Positions 27,159 through 42,823 of a stretch of 64,000 nt of DNA are shown here, in pieces. The stretch's first letter is position 1, and every line of letters begins with the position of its first letter. The stretch is taken from contig CM022670.1 in assembly GCA_012295275.1 (NCBI GenBank), positions 25,110,001 to 25,174,000 on the forward strand, given 5' to 3'. A program made the translations under genes and the position numbers. The DNA comes from Chrysomallon squamiferum (lineage: Eukaryota > Animalia > Mollusca). A model generated the notes under the pieces. That model did no database searches. It worked only from the letters and a program-made list of their open reading frames with translations, and was not told the DNA's origin.

Positions 27159-27420
27159 ATGATGGATTACTCGTATTTAAATCAGCCTTCGTTTGACGCC
27201 ACGAACTGCGGGCTACCCGGAATGGAGACGTCGCTCCAGAACTGCAACATTCCGTGTTCGTACGGCGACTCCGGCCCCTTTGGACAGATGGGTCAAACGT
27301 ACAGGTACAACGGGGTACGGACGTTTCCGAGTGTGACAAACCCGAACTTGGCAGGAACCGGCAGCTGCAGCATGGTTCCCCGACCCCGAGAACATCCACA
27401 GCCTCCTGTTTTTCCGTCTG
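27159..27420 (+). CDS. Phox2: Paired-like homeobox protein Phox2, coding exon 1
   Basis: MMDYSYLNQPSFDATNCGLPGMETS resembles the Phox2 N-terminal MxYSYLN motif; perfect donor G|GTAAGT in phase 1, compatible with the homeobox exon. Confidence 0.88.
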
Positions 27421-28252
27421 GTAAGTAAAACACGATTGTACCTTTATATTGCGAAAGCGATTCCTGACAAAATAAGATTTGGGCATGGAAAATTGTTTTA
27501 GGTGGCACTAACAAGGTTATCTTCGTCTACTTAGTGAACTGATTGCTGACAAATCGGATTACCAAATGTGGGGATACACAGTTTGCATAATTTTCCGCGC
27601 GCTCGAAAAATTTTCTATTTATTTACGGAGCAAAATTAATATAAACAAGTAAATTGTCGGAAAATTAAATAAAAATTCCGATTCGCGACAATTTTATGCA
27701 TTTAGCCTTTTTTAAAGTTATTTTCAGGACGCCGTTACCAACGCGACATATGCGACAAAACAATTCCATCTGACTCTTTGTTGTCGTAATCCAATTTTTA
27801 ATTTCCCCTGTTCATGCCTTATCTAATATGCATGTTATCTTATTTTCTGCAGTTTAAGTCGGTGCAAATTCAGTTTGTACATTCATGTTATTCAGCTGTT
27901 TGCCGGTGGCTGAGAAATAAATAAGATAAAGAAACAAATTTAGGATTATTTTTTTTTTATCTCTTTCTTTTCACTTTTAGTTGTTTTAGAGAATGCGGTA
28001 CGTAATTACATTATCCATTTAGTAAAATCTTTTTAAAGGATTTTAGCTGAGGAATTTGAAATGTATACCGCTGTAAACGTAATTGTATAATTCAGATTGC
28101 ACTCTTTAATTTAATCATAATGTCAACATTTATTTGTTTAGATGAGAATTTGTAGCTCTGAGAATTTAAAAATATCGATATTGTTTATCATTTTTAAAGT
28201 TTGATTTATTTATTTTTTTTCTTCAGTTTTCATTTTCGATTTGTTGTTGGTA

Positions 28253-28314
<62 letters not shown>

Positions 28315-30039
28315 TATTATTATTATTATTATTTTTATTTTAAACACATGAAAGTGGAATTATTATTGCTTTCGAGTTACAATAACATTATCACCTTCAT
28401 TATCAATTACATATCGATATTTCGATGTTTATAAATAATAGTTTTTTTTTTTTTTCATTACATGTATCGTATTTTGTTTTCAATCTGAATATAAATGAAG
28501 AATAATTGTTGTTTTATTTCATTTTAATAACAGAAATTTAAATTCTAATAAATTGTTGTATGTAAAATATTGCTATATTGGAAAACGAATATTGACAAGC
28601 CGCCGTGAAATATACTACAAAATTAAATAACCCGATTATAAGATTGATAATTATTTCATTAGTAACGACATTATCAATGTCTATTCCGTTTAATAAATTC
28701 ACAGACTGTCGTGTTACAAGTACACAAAGTGAAATAGATTTAATCAAATGTTTATGAAGTATAGCATACACAAATATAGTTAATAACATTAAAAAAAAAA
28801 AAAGAATTAGATATGTTTGATCAGAATTATTATAACTTTAATAATATTAATACAAGAAATACACGGGTAAATATTTTAAAAGACTTTGCCAAAAGGGTTT
28901 GAAGACTTGTTTACCTATAAAGTCTAATAAGAAATAAATTAAACGATATTTCATGTTTCTTCAGATTTATTTTAACTTAATAATACCAAAATTGTAAATA
29001 TAATATTTTTAATATTTAAAAGAAAATAATATTTTCTTATAAGTATCATCAGTATTATTATTCTGATTATTAAATATTATAGATATCATTTATATTATCT
29101 GTTGATATTTAGACATAAAAACAATAAACCTTCTAGAAACACTGTTTTCTTGTACGTATGTGTGCACATACGTTAAATCCATTAACAGGGAAAAGATTAA
29201 TTTTTGTTACCCGTAATAAGGTATATTTTGTTTTGAGAATCACTTTGATATTCACACGCTAGTTTTTAGATTTATTCGTTCATTTAATTATATTAGTTTA
29301 TCTATTTAGTGTATAAATTATTTCCATTCAAATAATTATTTAGAACTGGTCGTTTCTAATTTTAAAAACTTTAAAAATTACAAATAAAAATGGCCAATTT
29401 CGTAATAATTGCTTCATATCTTGAAATACAAATATACATACATGTATACATACATACATACATACATATAGATGTACATGTATACATACATACATATATA
29501 CATACATATATATGTATTATTTTACATTACTTTTATCAAAAGTAAATACAATAGAAAACAAATCTAAAACGAATGAACGAATAATTTTTATTTTATATAT
29601 TTTATGAAAATATTTTAGCAATTTATTTTCCTTTTTAACATGCGCAGATAATTAGGAAATAACAGAAGTTAATGAACAAAAAATACAATTTCGTACTGTT
29701 GATAGAATTATTTTTAAACTGTATCAATGTTAAACTATAGTTTTAGTGTTAGAAAAAAACAAAACAAAAACAAAACAAGAACACTAGAAGCACCTAAAGA
29801 CATTTTAAAATTTCGCAAATAATTTAAATTCAATAAAATATACAAGTATGTGCCAGCATCTTCCTAATTTGATTATTGTAATATTTGTTTTTTGTATAAA
29901 AAAGTTAAAAATAGATTTCTTTTTTGTTCTGATATTGAAATTAAAATGGTCTTATAGGGTTTATTTCTTGTTAATTTATTTGTTAATTATAAAAATATTT
30001 TGCCGAATTTTATTTATCGTGTATATTTGTTTACGCTCC

Positions 30040-30086
<47 letters not shown>

Positions 30087-30238
30087 TAATAATAACAATA
30101 ACAATAGTTATAGTAACGATGATGATAGTAATAACAGTAATGAACAGTAACGAACAGAACTAAAATTAAATTATTAAATTATGAAAATATTTTAAAACAG
30201 AATGATACGTTGTTGCATTCTTTATATAATCACACCAT

Positions 30239-30285
<47 letters not shown>

Positions 30286-32055
30286 CACACATACACATAT
30301 ACACGCAATTACGATAGCGTTAATATCATACAGAATTATTATTTTATTAAATACATCTTTTTTTCATTAACAGCTGGAACACAAACAGATATTTCGCACA
30401 TACGAAAGTAGATAAATTCAAAACGCAATGTATACTGTAATATTATATTTACTTGAAGAATTTCTGACATCAACAAATCGACAGATATATACTGCAATAC
30501 ACTAACACTAAAACTAATATTAACCTGTATTTCAAGGTTTTCTCAAAGTATACCCGCACTGAACAGTAACTGTTACGATTATTTCTTCCATCTCATTCCA
30601 GTCTCACAATGCAATAAAAAAAAAAAAAAAAAAAACCTAAAAAAAAAAAAAACACTAAGTGAATCAATTAAAATTGTCAAATGAACAAATGGCCACAAAA
30701 TACAAAAAGTGATAACTCTTGGGTCGGAGTCCCAGCGGACTTTTAGAAGGAACAGATGAAGCGATTTGTGTTAACCGCGGATCGAGAACGGGAAATCCAT
30801 TATGATATTGCTATGTGTAAAGCGAATCAGTTAATTTATCTGTAGAATACATAAGCGGTAATCAATTTCTCGACGGCCAAATGAACATATTTTCGCCCAA
30901 AACAAATGTCTTGGGTCTCGGGAGAAATCAAACTAAATGTATCATGTTTCCCCCATTGCCACGCATGGCTGTGTTTTGACGAATGGTTTACGAAGCAGGG
31001 TGCAATTACCGGCATAAACATAACATTGGGTTGTTGAATTAACATATTTTCTTAATAATTTAGTTTTTAAAACAAAAACAGAAAGAAAATTTTTGCCGCG
31101 GCAGGATAATTGTTGTTGCGATGCAGTTTGGTTGAATAAATTACGAAAGAAAAGCAATTTTTGGGCTTAAAAAAGACACTTGAAAATATTTTGCATTAAT
31201 TTCCATATTCAAATTAGGTTTCAAAAACAGTCATTTGTTTTGAAAACACATGTCGAATAACAGTTTAGTACATAATTATTAATTATCTTAATTGAAATAC
31301 ATTTTCTGTAGATATAATTACGAAAATAATAAATGATGTATGCAGATAATTATTATTTTAGTCGTGCGAAAATACTTGTTATGAAATAAATAAATTTTGG
31401 AATGAATCAGTTTAAAAAACAGATGGAATACAAATCAAAATCAAGAAATTAATACTTTACATGATGGCGTTATTGCATAAACAGTGAAAAAGTAAGCAAG
31501 AAAATAAGTAAATAAATAAATAAAAACGTAAACAGACAAATATGTGTGTTAATAAACATAAAAAAAACGAAATAATTAAATGAATAAGAAAGAGAGGCAA
31601 ATATAAATGCAAAAACTTAAATAAATAAATAAATGCTTTTACATCATTAAATTATTTAACAGTAAATATAATAATAAAATAACTTGAATTACAAGTACGC
31701 AAAATATATAATAATTAGTAAAAAACGTCCTACCTGAACAAATAAAATAAATAAATTAAAAATTAAAAAAAAAAAGCTCTGAATTCAAGCATTTCAGTGA
31801 ATTTAAATACTTTTTAAACTATATATATAAATAAACGAAAGAAAAGCAACAACGAATTATCAAAAAAAAAGAAAAGAAACACGTCTATAACTATAAATAA
31901 AATTCGAACGAGATATAATAAAACAAAAAGAAAAACGTAAACAAAACGAAATAAACGAAATTAAAGAAAACAAAACGAAACAAAAATAAAAGAAAAGAAA
32001 AGAAAATAGTAAATGTCGTTTTCCGTGCTTTGATAAAAAAATCGCCTCACAATTA

Positions 32056-32116
<61 letters not shown>

Positions 32117-32155
32117 CCAAACTGAAACCAACAATTTCTTTAGTTAAATTCATAC

Positions 32156-32193
<38 letters not shown>

Positions 32194-32814
32194 TTTACTG
32201 TATGTATCTGCATATTTCGTTAAAGAAAATATATTAAATATAAAAAGAGACACTCATTAATATGTATACATACTACATGTACAAATATTGATATATTTTC
32301 CAATAATTCAATTTATAATTTAATGTTTTTCACATTTTTTATACTCATTTAAATCAGTATGTCTTTTTAAAAACTCTTACACAATTCCCGTAGACTACAA
32401 ATATACATTTTCGTAATTTGTTTCCTATAATTATGATAAAAATACAAACATATTTAATATAACATAGTAACTATAATCATATTTTATTATCAGAATATTG
32501 CAAAATATAATATATTATCATTATGTAACATACAAACATATTTTAGTACTAATAGAATAAATATATATACATAAGATCTACAGAGAAAATAATAAACAAA
32601 CTTATTTTAATACCATAAAGAACTAAATAAACAAAAACATTTTGCAGTTAATAAATAAAAAAATAACTTGAACTGCAGCATGCACAGTATTTAAAGAATA
32701 TTAAACATAATAATTAATAAAAACACCATTCCTAAAGAAATAAAATAAAGAAATAAGATGAAGAAAAAAGAAAATCACAGAAACGAAATCCGCATTCCAG
32801 TAAATAAAAATCTA

Positions 32815-32878
<64 letters not shown>

Positions 32879-34807
32879 TGATGATGAAGATGATAATGAC
32901 GACAAATTAAAATAAATTTCATTGAAGAACGAAATAAAAATAAAGAAAAAGCAACAGCAAAACAAAACAAAACAAAAACATTTCAATAGTTTTACAAAAA
33001 TTACATTAAAACATTGATAAATTTACGATGATATTCTTATCACAGATAATTCTATTATAGCTGCATATTTTCTTTTGCAATGAGTCGCTGATAGTGAAAA
33101 CCACAAAAATTACATAAAGTTTATTTAAAAAAAAATATATTTCTCATATGATCAGGTAATTTTTAGAAATATAACATTTAAACCGAGTATTTATTTTCTA
33201 TCTACAAAAATGTTTCATAATTATTTTGGTTACGTGCATTAGTTAAGTTGTATATTTTTCTTTTTCCTTTTTCCTTTACCAAAGTTTTTATTTCTTTACT
33301 AATTAATTAATTATCATTTTCATTTCAGTGATAATATTAGCTTTATTTGACAAAACAAGCTCTTAAATAGTTACATTTAATAAAATTTCTTTTCGGTTCT
33401 ATAGACTAACGGAACCTATATTTTTATAAACTAATAATTGTGTAATTTATTATCTTATCATAATAATAACATTATTATTAATATTTTTAAATAGCTTATC
33501 ATATAATAGAAATTCATTACAAATGTTTAAAATTGAGAGAGTATGTAACGTTGTCGTGAAACCAGTTAACATTAAAAATAAAATGTCTTAAAATAAATGT
33601 TTTTTTCGCACGCACACAAACAGACAGAAACTCACAAACACACACACAAAAAATCAACAAAAACCAACAACAGAGGACATAATAAAAATAATTTAATAAT
33701 AACAACAACAACATCTTAAGATAATAATAATATTAATAAAATAAACCAGAAAATAAATAAATAAACTCCTATGCCGTTTAATAAAATATCCGTATAATCG
33801 GACGATCTCAAATTTAAAATTTTCTATACAATATTACACAATATTGGCGTATTTGCGAGAAAAAAAACAACAACACACAAGTAAAACAAAGATCGCAAAA
33901 ACGTAAATAACAGCCAGGGAAGTAAGATTGATTATTCATCGTTAATTTTACAGAGGTTATTAAAAGACTTGAAAGACTGGCTTTCTTCAGACGCAGATAA
34001 AACAGAATGATCGATTCGGAAATACACACCTTCTTAGAAGAAGAAGAAGGAAAAAAATACAAATAACAAAAAAGGTTAAAAAAAAAAAAAAAGAACCCAA
34101 TAATCTCTTTAGTTAAACCTACCTAATTGTCGCATCGTTTAGACGAGCAAATTAAATGGCTTACAAGATCTGCGGGACATTGATTAAATATAAAGGGGGA
34201 AAAAAGTCGAGAGAATGAGAGGTTCACACGGTGGGTAAATTAGTTAATTGAATATATTCATCAGTTCTTACCAGTCCGGTTCGGAAAGGCCCGGTAGAAC
34301 GACGAGATTCGTTTAAGTAATTCGTTTAAACAATGATGCCGACATTCTGTCCAGTAACTTAATGTTTGCAGACATCACTCTGATAGAAAGCTGTACGTCG
34401 GGCTTTGTACTAATTATAAATATACTGAATAAATATTGAACTTTTGATAAAGTAAGTAGGTAGTATAGTTTCCAAAATAATGGATCGAAATTTTTTTTTT
34501 TTTTCGAGTTTTGAAAAAAAATAAAAAATAATAATAATTCTCTTTCGGTAATAATTACAATGATAATTAATTATTATTTAGAAAAATATTATTAACCGTA
34601 CTAAATATTGCGATATTGTTATTGTTATTATGTTTATCATCATCATCATCATTATGGTTGTTATTACTGTTATTGCTATTATTATTGTTATTATTATTAT
34701 TATTATTAGTGCTATTATTATTGTTGTTATTGCTATTATTATTATTATTGTAATTGCTATTATTATTATTTTTTCTATTATTATTATTATTGTTATTATT
34801 GCTATTA

Positions 34808-34850
<43 letters not shown>

Positions 34851-35425
34851 GATATAACATAACATATAATATTTCACTTTTGACGAATATGGAACAATTT
34901 AATAATTTTCTTCTTATAACAGTACGATATTATTAATAAAATTTGTAAGAAAATTGAGGACGATCCTATTCACGTGTTATCCATTGTTTCAAGTTGTTAT
35001 CGAAGAATAGTAGATTTGTTTTAGCGGGACAGGGAAAAATGGTTGACAGTAAAACCATTTAGACTGTATTAAAATTTAAAATACAGCAACATATTTTAAG
35101 TAACATTTTAAATATTAATAAACAACATTTATATATCCGAAATTAAAAAAAAAAGATAATAATAGTAAATAAATAAATACTATAAACTATATCTATATGT
35201 AAGAAACAAAATTAAGAGTAAACACTGAAAAACAACCGCTAATAATAATTCATTTTAATATTTTCGAACATTTGACACATCTATAATCTGTATACAGAAC
35301 AACGTAAAAATAGATGTAACAACACATCAAGATCACGAATAAAAATATAATAAAAATAAAATCATTATAATTACGATCATGAAAGATCAACAACAATGAT
35401 AAAAATCTTCATCTTCATCGTGATT

Positions 35426-35484
<59 letters not shown>

Positions 35485-35579
35485 CAATAATGGACAAACT
35501 AAATTATCTTATCACAGACATGACAAGAGTATCGAGTTTCGCCAACACAAGATTACAAGATCAGCCACACAAGACAGAG

Positions 35580-36740
35580 TTAATGCTTTAAACAGAGGTG
35601 GTCTTTAATTAAGAGTATTCGTAACTGAAAATCAGTTAAGTCACTGATAAAACAAAGTGCAGCATGGAGCACCAAACAGAAGGGTCTGGGCGGGAAGTGA
35701 TATGAGTTCGGGTGGGGTTCGGTATCGTTTGGGCGGCGGGGAGCATGCGTATCGCTGTCTTTACGTCACGGAAGAGGTCGCCGGCGATCCCGATACGGAC
35801 GCGAAAAGACCAAAGTAATCCCGCTAATGTACCGCGGAGACTTCGCAGTCTAATTAATATCAGCGAGTCCAACACGCCTTCTGCCCGTGTGATCACTTAC
35901 CGGAGATTAATCAGAATTACCGATGAGATGGGAAACGATTGAATTCTGCTTTCATGTGTGAAAACACGGCTTCGTGTAGTTGCTCATCTCGCCAGGCTGC
36001 CGCTGGCCCGTGCACAAAAACGGCCATTTTGAAAACGATTAGGCGCGCGCCACACACGGGCAAATGGTGCGTGGTCGCGTGCCACGGCAATCACGCGCCC
36101 CGTGTTTAAGGAATCGTCGTCTCGTTAACAAAACTTTAATCTAATTGATTTCCGGAAGAGTTCTTCGCGCAACGTCCAATCAGAACGTTAAAAATTAGGG
36201 GGGAAAAAACCAGTCGAGTATACCTGATTTTTTTTCTTTCTAGTTTTTGTTACAACATTTTTTTGATTTTTTATTCTTTTTTTTTTTTTTTTTTTTTTTT
36301 GTCTGCTCGCTTTAAAGTTTTCAGAAATAATGTCACGTGCTCGCCACCAGGCGAACTATGAGGAACAATACTAAGGGTCAGAACAACCACAAGAATGACT
36401 TTTGTAAACCTCAACAAACAATCATGAAAAGAAAAAACGAAATCAACCGAACGCTCTCTAATAAAGTACCCAGTATCCTTGTATCGATGCGAACGCAAAC
36501 AGTACCTCGCACGGACAGCACGCGCTGTACTCGATGCTTTTTGACTTTCATGTTGACACTGCACGTGCATAATAGCTGTGCAAAGGGAAAAAAAGAAATG
36601 AGAACTTGTGCATGGCACGTGAAAATTAACAACATCGGCTTAAAAATGAAAAAGATAAAGCGTCTTCCTTTGGTCGTTTGTTGAAGTGATGTATTACACA
36701 GGGGGTCTGTTTAAAAGACGGTATGCACGTGACCAGGGTA
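35580..36740. promoter_or_regulatory. Candidate intronic enhancer of Phox2
   Basis: Very CpG-rich non-coding island with homeodomain TAAT pairs (e.g. TAATCTAATTG ~36137), CACGCG sites and four CACGTG E-boxes. Confidence 0.5.
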
Positions 36741-37635
36741 AATGATGATATTAATCATACCAACTGTTACAACAGTTACTGAGGGGTTTTTTTCTGACTC
36801 GGACATCTGGCGAAAAATAAATGAATAAACATTTTCAAAACTGAAACTGTTTTAACAATGAAAATGTTTGCCATTGATGAAATCGAAAGAGAACTCAGTA
36901 GATGTACATGTATTAACAAACAGTGAAGAATTTGCTATCACGAACGATTTGTTATTTTTTGGATGGTATTAAAATATTCCTGCCGAGGTCTTAACAGATC
37001 GCCTGTATAAAATGTGTGAATGTCCGATAGTTTGCTTCATTTAGCTTTAAATCAATCTTTGTTAATAATAAAGTATTACAATAATGTATGGCGGGGCTCT
37101 TCATACCATTATGCGTTTATCTTGCGTGGACATTTTGTAAACAGAAATAGTGTAAATTAAATACATTGATCTTTATTAACTGTAATCAATGAGTAAAATA
37201 TTGAAAACTTCAAACTGGTTTTTTATTATTATTAATTTATTTATTTTTTATTTTAACTTTTTTTTCTATACAGAATAATAATATGGCGAATATATAAATT
37301 ATGATAACTAAATATCAGTTTAGGATGCGTCTATACAAAAATAAAACAATTATTTGGAAGTATATCAAGTTTACACTAATTTTATCAAGACCATCAAACC
37401 ATATTAATAATATATATCATGAACCAGATTCTAAACATTACGCATGCACTTAGCACTGAAATACATTTTCCTCTTATTATATGGTTTATATGGTTTAGAA
37501 AGGACAAAACAGATTGAAATCAGGTGTTTCTAAACTACTAGTCTATGATATTAATTACAGTCTTCTTTTTATTCATGAGGGATATACTGAATGACTCTTC
37601 CCTCAATAATGATGATCATGACGATAATAAACAAA

Positions 37636-37666
<31 letters not shown>

Positions 37667-38059
37667 ATTAACCTGATAGTTCTGAACATCCATTACATAT
37701 AAACAACGAAGACATTAGGTTTACAGTTTTCTGTCTCTGACTTTTTTGTTCTTTCTCTGTCTCTTAATTAATTAATTAAATAATCACTAGGAAATAGCCC
37801 CAATTATTAATTATTACATAAATGGTGCCAGTATATTTTGTTTAGAAGAAATCGTAATATAAATAACAGTATATAAAGTCACTGGAGAAACATTTAGATA
37901 TGATTTTTTTTAACTGTATAATTATGAAAGAAAACTGCACGAAACCAATGTGAAAGTACGCAAACTAACAGACGCCCATGCACTTTAAAAAACTTAATAA
38001 AACTTATTTATTTATTTATTTGTTTTTGCACAACGTACAGTTGGTTAACAATAAAAATT

Positions 38060-38412
38060 TGATATTGTATTGGGGGTCGATGACATGTTTCCAAACATTA
38101 ATCATTAGAGAGATCATATCGGCGCAACGTGACAATAAAACCAGTCACTTTACTGCAGCCGGTCCCGCCCACCAATCCGTGGACAGATGGGAGCGTGAAA
38201 AAAGACTCCGTTCAGCGTCTAGTGGGCCTCACATGAATTGATATGTCTGTTAATAATTATCTCTTGCCGCTTTAACCGCGGGCATTAATTCTCTCATTAC
38301 AGTTCAAGTGTCAATGGACGACTTTAGCGGTCACGTGACTAGCGTCGCTACACTCTCGATTCCCACTTCAGGGAATCTGTTAATTTGTTGAAGATCACGT
38401 TATTTTAATTTC

Positions 38413-38443
<31 letters not shown>

Positions 38444-38710
38444 TTTTCTTTTTCAATTATTCTTTTCTTTTTTTTTTTTTTTTTTTTTTTATTATTAATT
38501 ACCACTGGATTAGTATGATTGGTTACAATAATATATATTTTGTCATTTTTTAAAACGAATTTGCAAAATGTTCTACCGGATTGGTTCCCGCCTCTCGCCA
38601 TCTTGTTCACGGTTGTTTAAAGCGCGTGCATCGCAGGGGGTAAATTGATTAAGTAGGAAACTGTGACTGATACAAAGTACGGAAATGAGGATTTATTACA
38701 GACAGTAATT
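38060..38710. promoter_or_regulatory. Candidate intronic enhancer of Phox2
   Basis: CpG-rich block with the palindrome GTCACGTGAC (38330-38339) and TTCCCAC (Su(H)/RBPJ-type site, ~38360). Confidence 0.4.
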
Positions 38711-39989
38711 GAAATATTTGCAAGAATGCTCAGTGAAGTATTTCAATGAAATGTTTAATTGTGTAATGTTTTGATTCGAAATTTCTTGAAACCTGTTTCG
38801 TTATTATGGTGTTCTGAAGTAACGTCGTTTTGTTTGATGTATAATCGTTGAGAAAATCCTATTTTTGAAATTGTTTACTGTCTTTTTAATATGAAAAAAC
38901 CAACACCTCCTCCCCCACCCCCAAAAAACAACAAAAAATAAAAAATAAAAAATAAAAAAAAAATAAAAAAAAAACGGTGGAAAATGACCAAGATCTTACC
39001 AGTGATTTATAAGCAGCGGCAGATAACATTTTCGTAGATGTATTTTTTTTTAGAACTTGACACATGATTTGTAATTTAGTGGGAGAACGAACGCTTTAAA
39101 TGATATGGTTTATGTTTGACTGTTTTGGGAATAATACACATTAAAACTACATTCTTACTAATAAATAACATTTGTAATTTCATACAACAGCGGTAGCAAG
39201 CGTGTTTTCTCCTACGTATTCACAAATTTTATATTTTAACTCGTAATTCATTCATCGAAATACGTATCAGACAAATTATATTAAACAAATTCCACTGTTA
39301 AAATACATCGAGTCCCCTATTCCCTGTAATATCCCCACTGTTTATTTAATTCGGCTGTGAATTAAATATAAAATAATAATAAAAAAAATTATTAAAAACA
39401 AAACAAAAACAACCAAGCAAATCTATCTAATTTAATTCTGTCATGAAATTGTATAAAAAAAATTATGTTTCGATAATATATGCGTGTGCGCGACTGTGTG
39501 TGTGTTTGAAAGAACTGGTTATAATTTAAACAACAGAATAATAATCTGAAAAAGAAAGACAAATAATTTCAAAATAAACACAGTTACAACGTTTATATGA
39601 ATTCTGTTTCAATTTTAAAAATCTTCGTTTTGGATTTTGTAATAGAATATTGTGAGATGCCATTATCACGATTATATAAAAGACAAGCAGTGGTAGAAAA
39701 ATAGATTAATAAAATGAATAATTAATACAATTTTTATATTGGAATCGACGACGTTTCCTAACATTAACCATTAGACAGATGATGGGATCGAATACAGAAT
39801 AAAATTAATAATTAACTAAAAACTGTGACAACAAATAAATGAATAAATAAATATTTTAACAAATAACGAAGAAACACAAAACGTATTTATAATAATATTA
39901 TCCATTTTCTTTTTTTATATATATATTTTTTTTTTTATTCTCAGTTAGTCAGTATTATCCGTTATGTTTGAATCAATACTTATCAAGAA

Positions 39990-41110
39990 GAGTACACGCA
40001 AGTTCGGTAACCTTCATAGGTAATTCGGAAAAAACTTCGCTACAAAGTCGCACGCCGGGACTAGCAGGACTTAATTAAGTCTTAGAAGCGACGCGAACGA
40101 CTTGAAAAGGAAAAGTCAAGTTTAGCTTTGATGTCTGGTTGAGAAATACCACTGCCCGTTTATCAAAGCCGAACACGGGTCCAATTGAGTTGAGGTGACA
40201 CAGCCGCGCCCGGGTGAAAAGGCTCGCTCTTAGCCACCGATCGAACTCGCGTTGTCCTTATTCGATTACGAGCAAATTTAGTGTTAAAGAGGTGCCAATG
40301 TTGAATATACGCGCACACTCAAATTTCATCACCATTGATTGTAGATTTTCAGCGGATCGCGAATAAGGGGTTGTGGGCTGAGTCATTCGGCGGCGTCTAA
40401 AAAGCGGATGGAACAGAGGGGAGGTCTGATGGCTTCTGGATATTGTAAATTCGGTTTTCCTAGTCCTGTAAACATCTTGATTGTATTACCGGAAAATATC
40501 AACGACTTTCATTCTGATAGATTAGGTGTCATCCCGTTTGGCGAGTAATTGGAAATTTATTTAATCAAACGTTAGCCAGGCATTGTGCAGCGAGTTTTAA
40601 GGTCCAGCGAAAAGGAACAAGTGGCCGTTTAATTTTCTTTCCTCAATCTCGGAAGAGTTCTATGTAGCTTCGCATCCGCAGACAATTACATGGTTTTATA
40701 TTGAAACGCTCTCCAAGAAAATCTAATTATTTGAATATAAAACTAATATCAATATGCGAGACCCAATTTACGTCACACTCAGTGATTCGGACCTTTTCTT
40801 AACAAAGTTACGGTCCCCAGTGGGATTCGGCGGTGAAATATGGTACGTTTATGCAATAAAGAGTCTGAAAAAATAATTAGCACCGAGAAGTCGGATGGTA
40901 GAAGGATGGCAGACTTGTGCAGAAGCAAATCCTAGCAATACACATCAAGATAAATATTCCGCGATCGGCTTGTCTCCAGGGTTTTACCAAATTCAGCTCA
41001 GACCCACGTCACGATGAATTGTCTCTTGCGCAGTCTCAGTGTGGATTAATGCAAAGAGATGGCAGGTCTGAAATCTCAACTGCAGCCGTCAAGGAGAATA
41101 GATCAGCCAA
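39990..41110. promoter_or_regulatory. Candidate intronic enhancer of Phox2
   Basis: ~1.1 kb repeat-free CpG-rich block with many TAAT cores and no credible exon. Confidence 0.45.
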
Positions 41111-41387
41111 ATAGTTATTAATGTTTTTAAATTATTTCATCTAACATTGGTCTGTTCGTTAAATATATATATGGATGTAAACACAACTGTACACAAACAC
41201 ACACACACACACGCACGCACTAAAGCACACACATGCTTATTCATGGATACAGATATAATGCAAACGTGTAACACACAAACATACTTACATATGTATGTTC
41301 GTTAGTACGAACAAATACTACATAATAATAACAATAATAATAATAATAATATTAAAATTAATATTTTTTATTAATAACACCAACAAC

Positions 41388-41466
<79 letters not shown>

Positions 41467-41557
41467 TAATAATAATAATAAAACTCCATTTGTGTACATG
41501 ATTGATTGTACTATTGTTACATATTATTTCTCTCTTACATAAACACCTGCAGACATA

Positions 41558-41591
<34 letters not shown>

Positions 41592-42770
41592 GATATTATT
41601 ATTAGTTGTTGTAGTAGTAGTAGTAGTAGTAGTACAAAAACAAACAAACAACAACAACACAAAAAAAGCCCACAACAACAACACACAACAAAACAAAAAC
41701 AAAAACAAAAACAAAAATAACAAAAAGAACAAACACCAACCCTCCGCGGGTTTTACTTTTCACGAAATCTCCTTGTGGGAAAAACAAACATTTATTTCAT
41801 CGAAAAATAACAACATCACATTAAAATCACATCACTGCGTTGTTTGCGTTTAGCAATTTCCCAAATCCTATATATTTATAATTAATTACTCAAACTTGGT
41901 AAATGTTTCCAAACACAGGGTTCTGTTTCTCTGCTCTCCGTATCGATCTCGCTGCTGCAGTAACGGAAACCACATGGCCAGTTCTAATTACAGCTTGCCA
42001 TAGAAAATAACTTCAACGTTTGATGAAGTTAGACAAGACTGGGTTTGTTTGGAAAGCTTCTCACGATTTTAATGTTCAAAAGAAACTTAGCAGATAAAAT
42101 ACAAACAGATTAAATCGGTTATTTTCGATGTGTAGTTATGGACGAGTAACGCAGAGACTGCGACCGTTTGAAGTCAGATAATGAACACGTCAGTGTATAA
42201 TAGATATAATTTAACAATCGGTAGATACGTGAGACATGTAGTTTTGTGATTTTTAAGGCGTTGTTTTTGATGTTAAATAAAATACCGTTTTATTCTTTCG
42301 ATGGTTATTATGTTCCATTAAAATTTGAAAACTAAAATTGCAAATCATTGTTTTCGTTAAATTTTTTTTTTATTTCTGTTATTAATGGATGGAATTCGAC
42401 ATAGTTTAAACATTTTGTTTTACAAAGTGTCATTTTTCCAATATTTTTTTATAGTTCTGTTAAATTTCATTATTTTGAAAATACAGTATTTTAAAATGAA
42501 GACGCTATATTTGACGTTTTATTATGGTTAATAGAAAATATATTTTAACGATGGGAAAAATACATACAATTGAGAAGTACGAAAATAATTTACATATAAT
42601 TTTAATAGAAAATAAATATCATGCAACTTATCAAAGAATTTCAAAGTACTGTTCTAATATATGTTTTAAGATAATATTTATTTTCTTTTAGTGACAATAC
42701 AAAATTACATAAATTAACTAAATACTGTACTTAGAAAGAACTGATGCAGTTATTCATTTCTGAAATATTT

Positions 42771-42823
<53 letters not shown>

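Noticed and set aside
27154-27161. CACAG|ATG as a splice acceptor before the Phox2 start
   Set aside because: The preceding sequence is an A-rich run with no pyrimidine tract.
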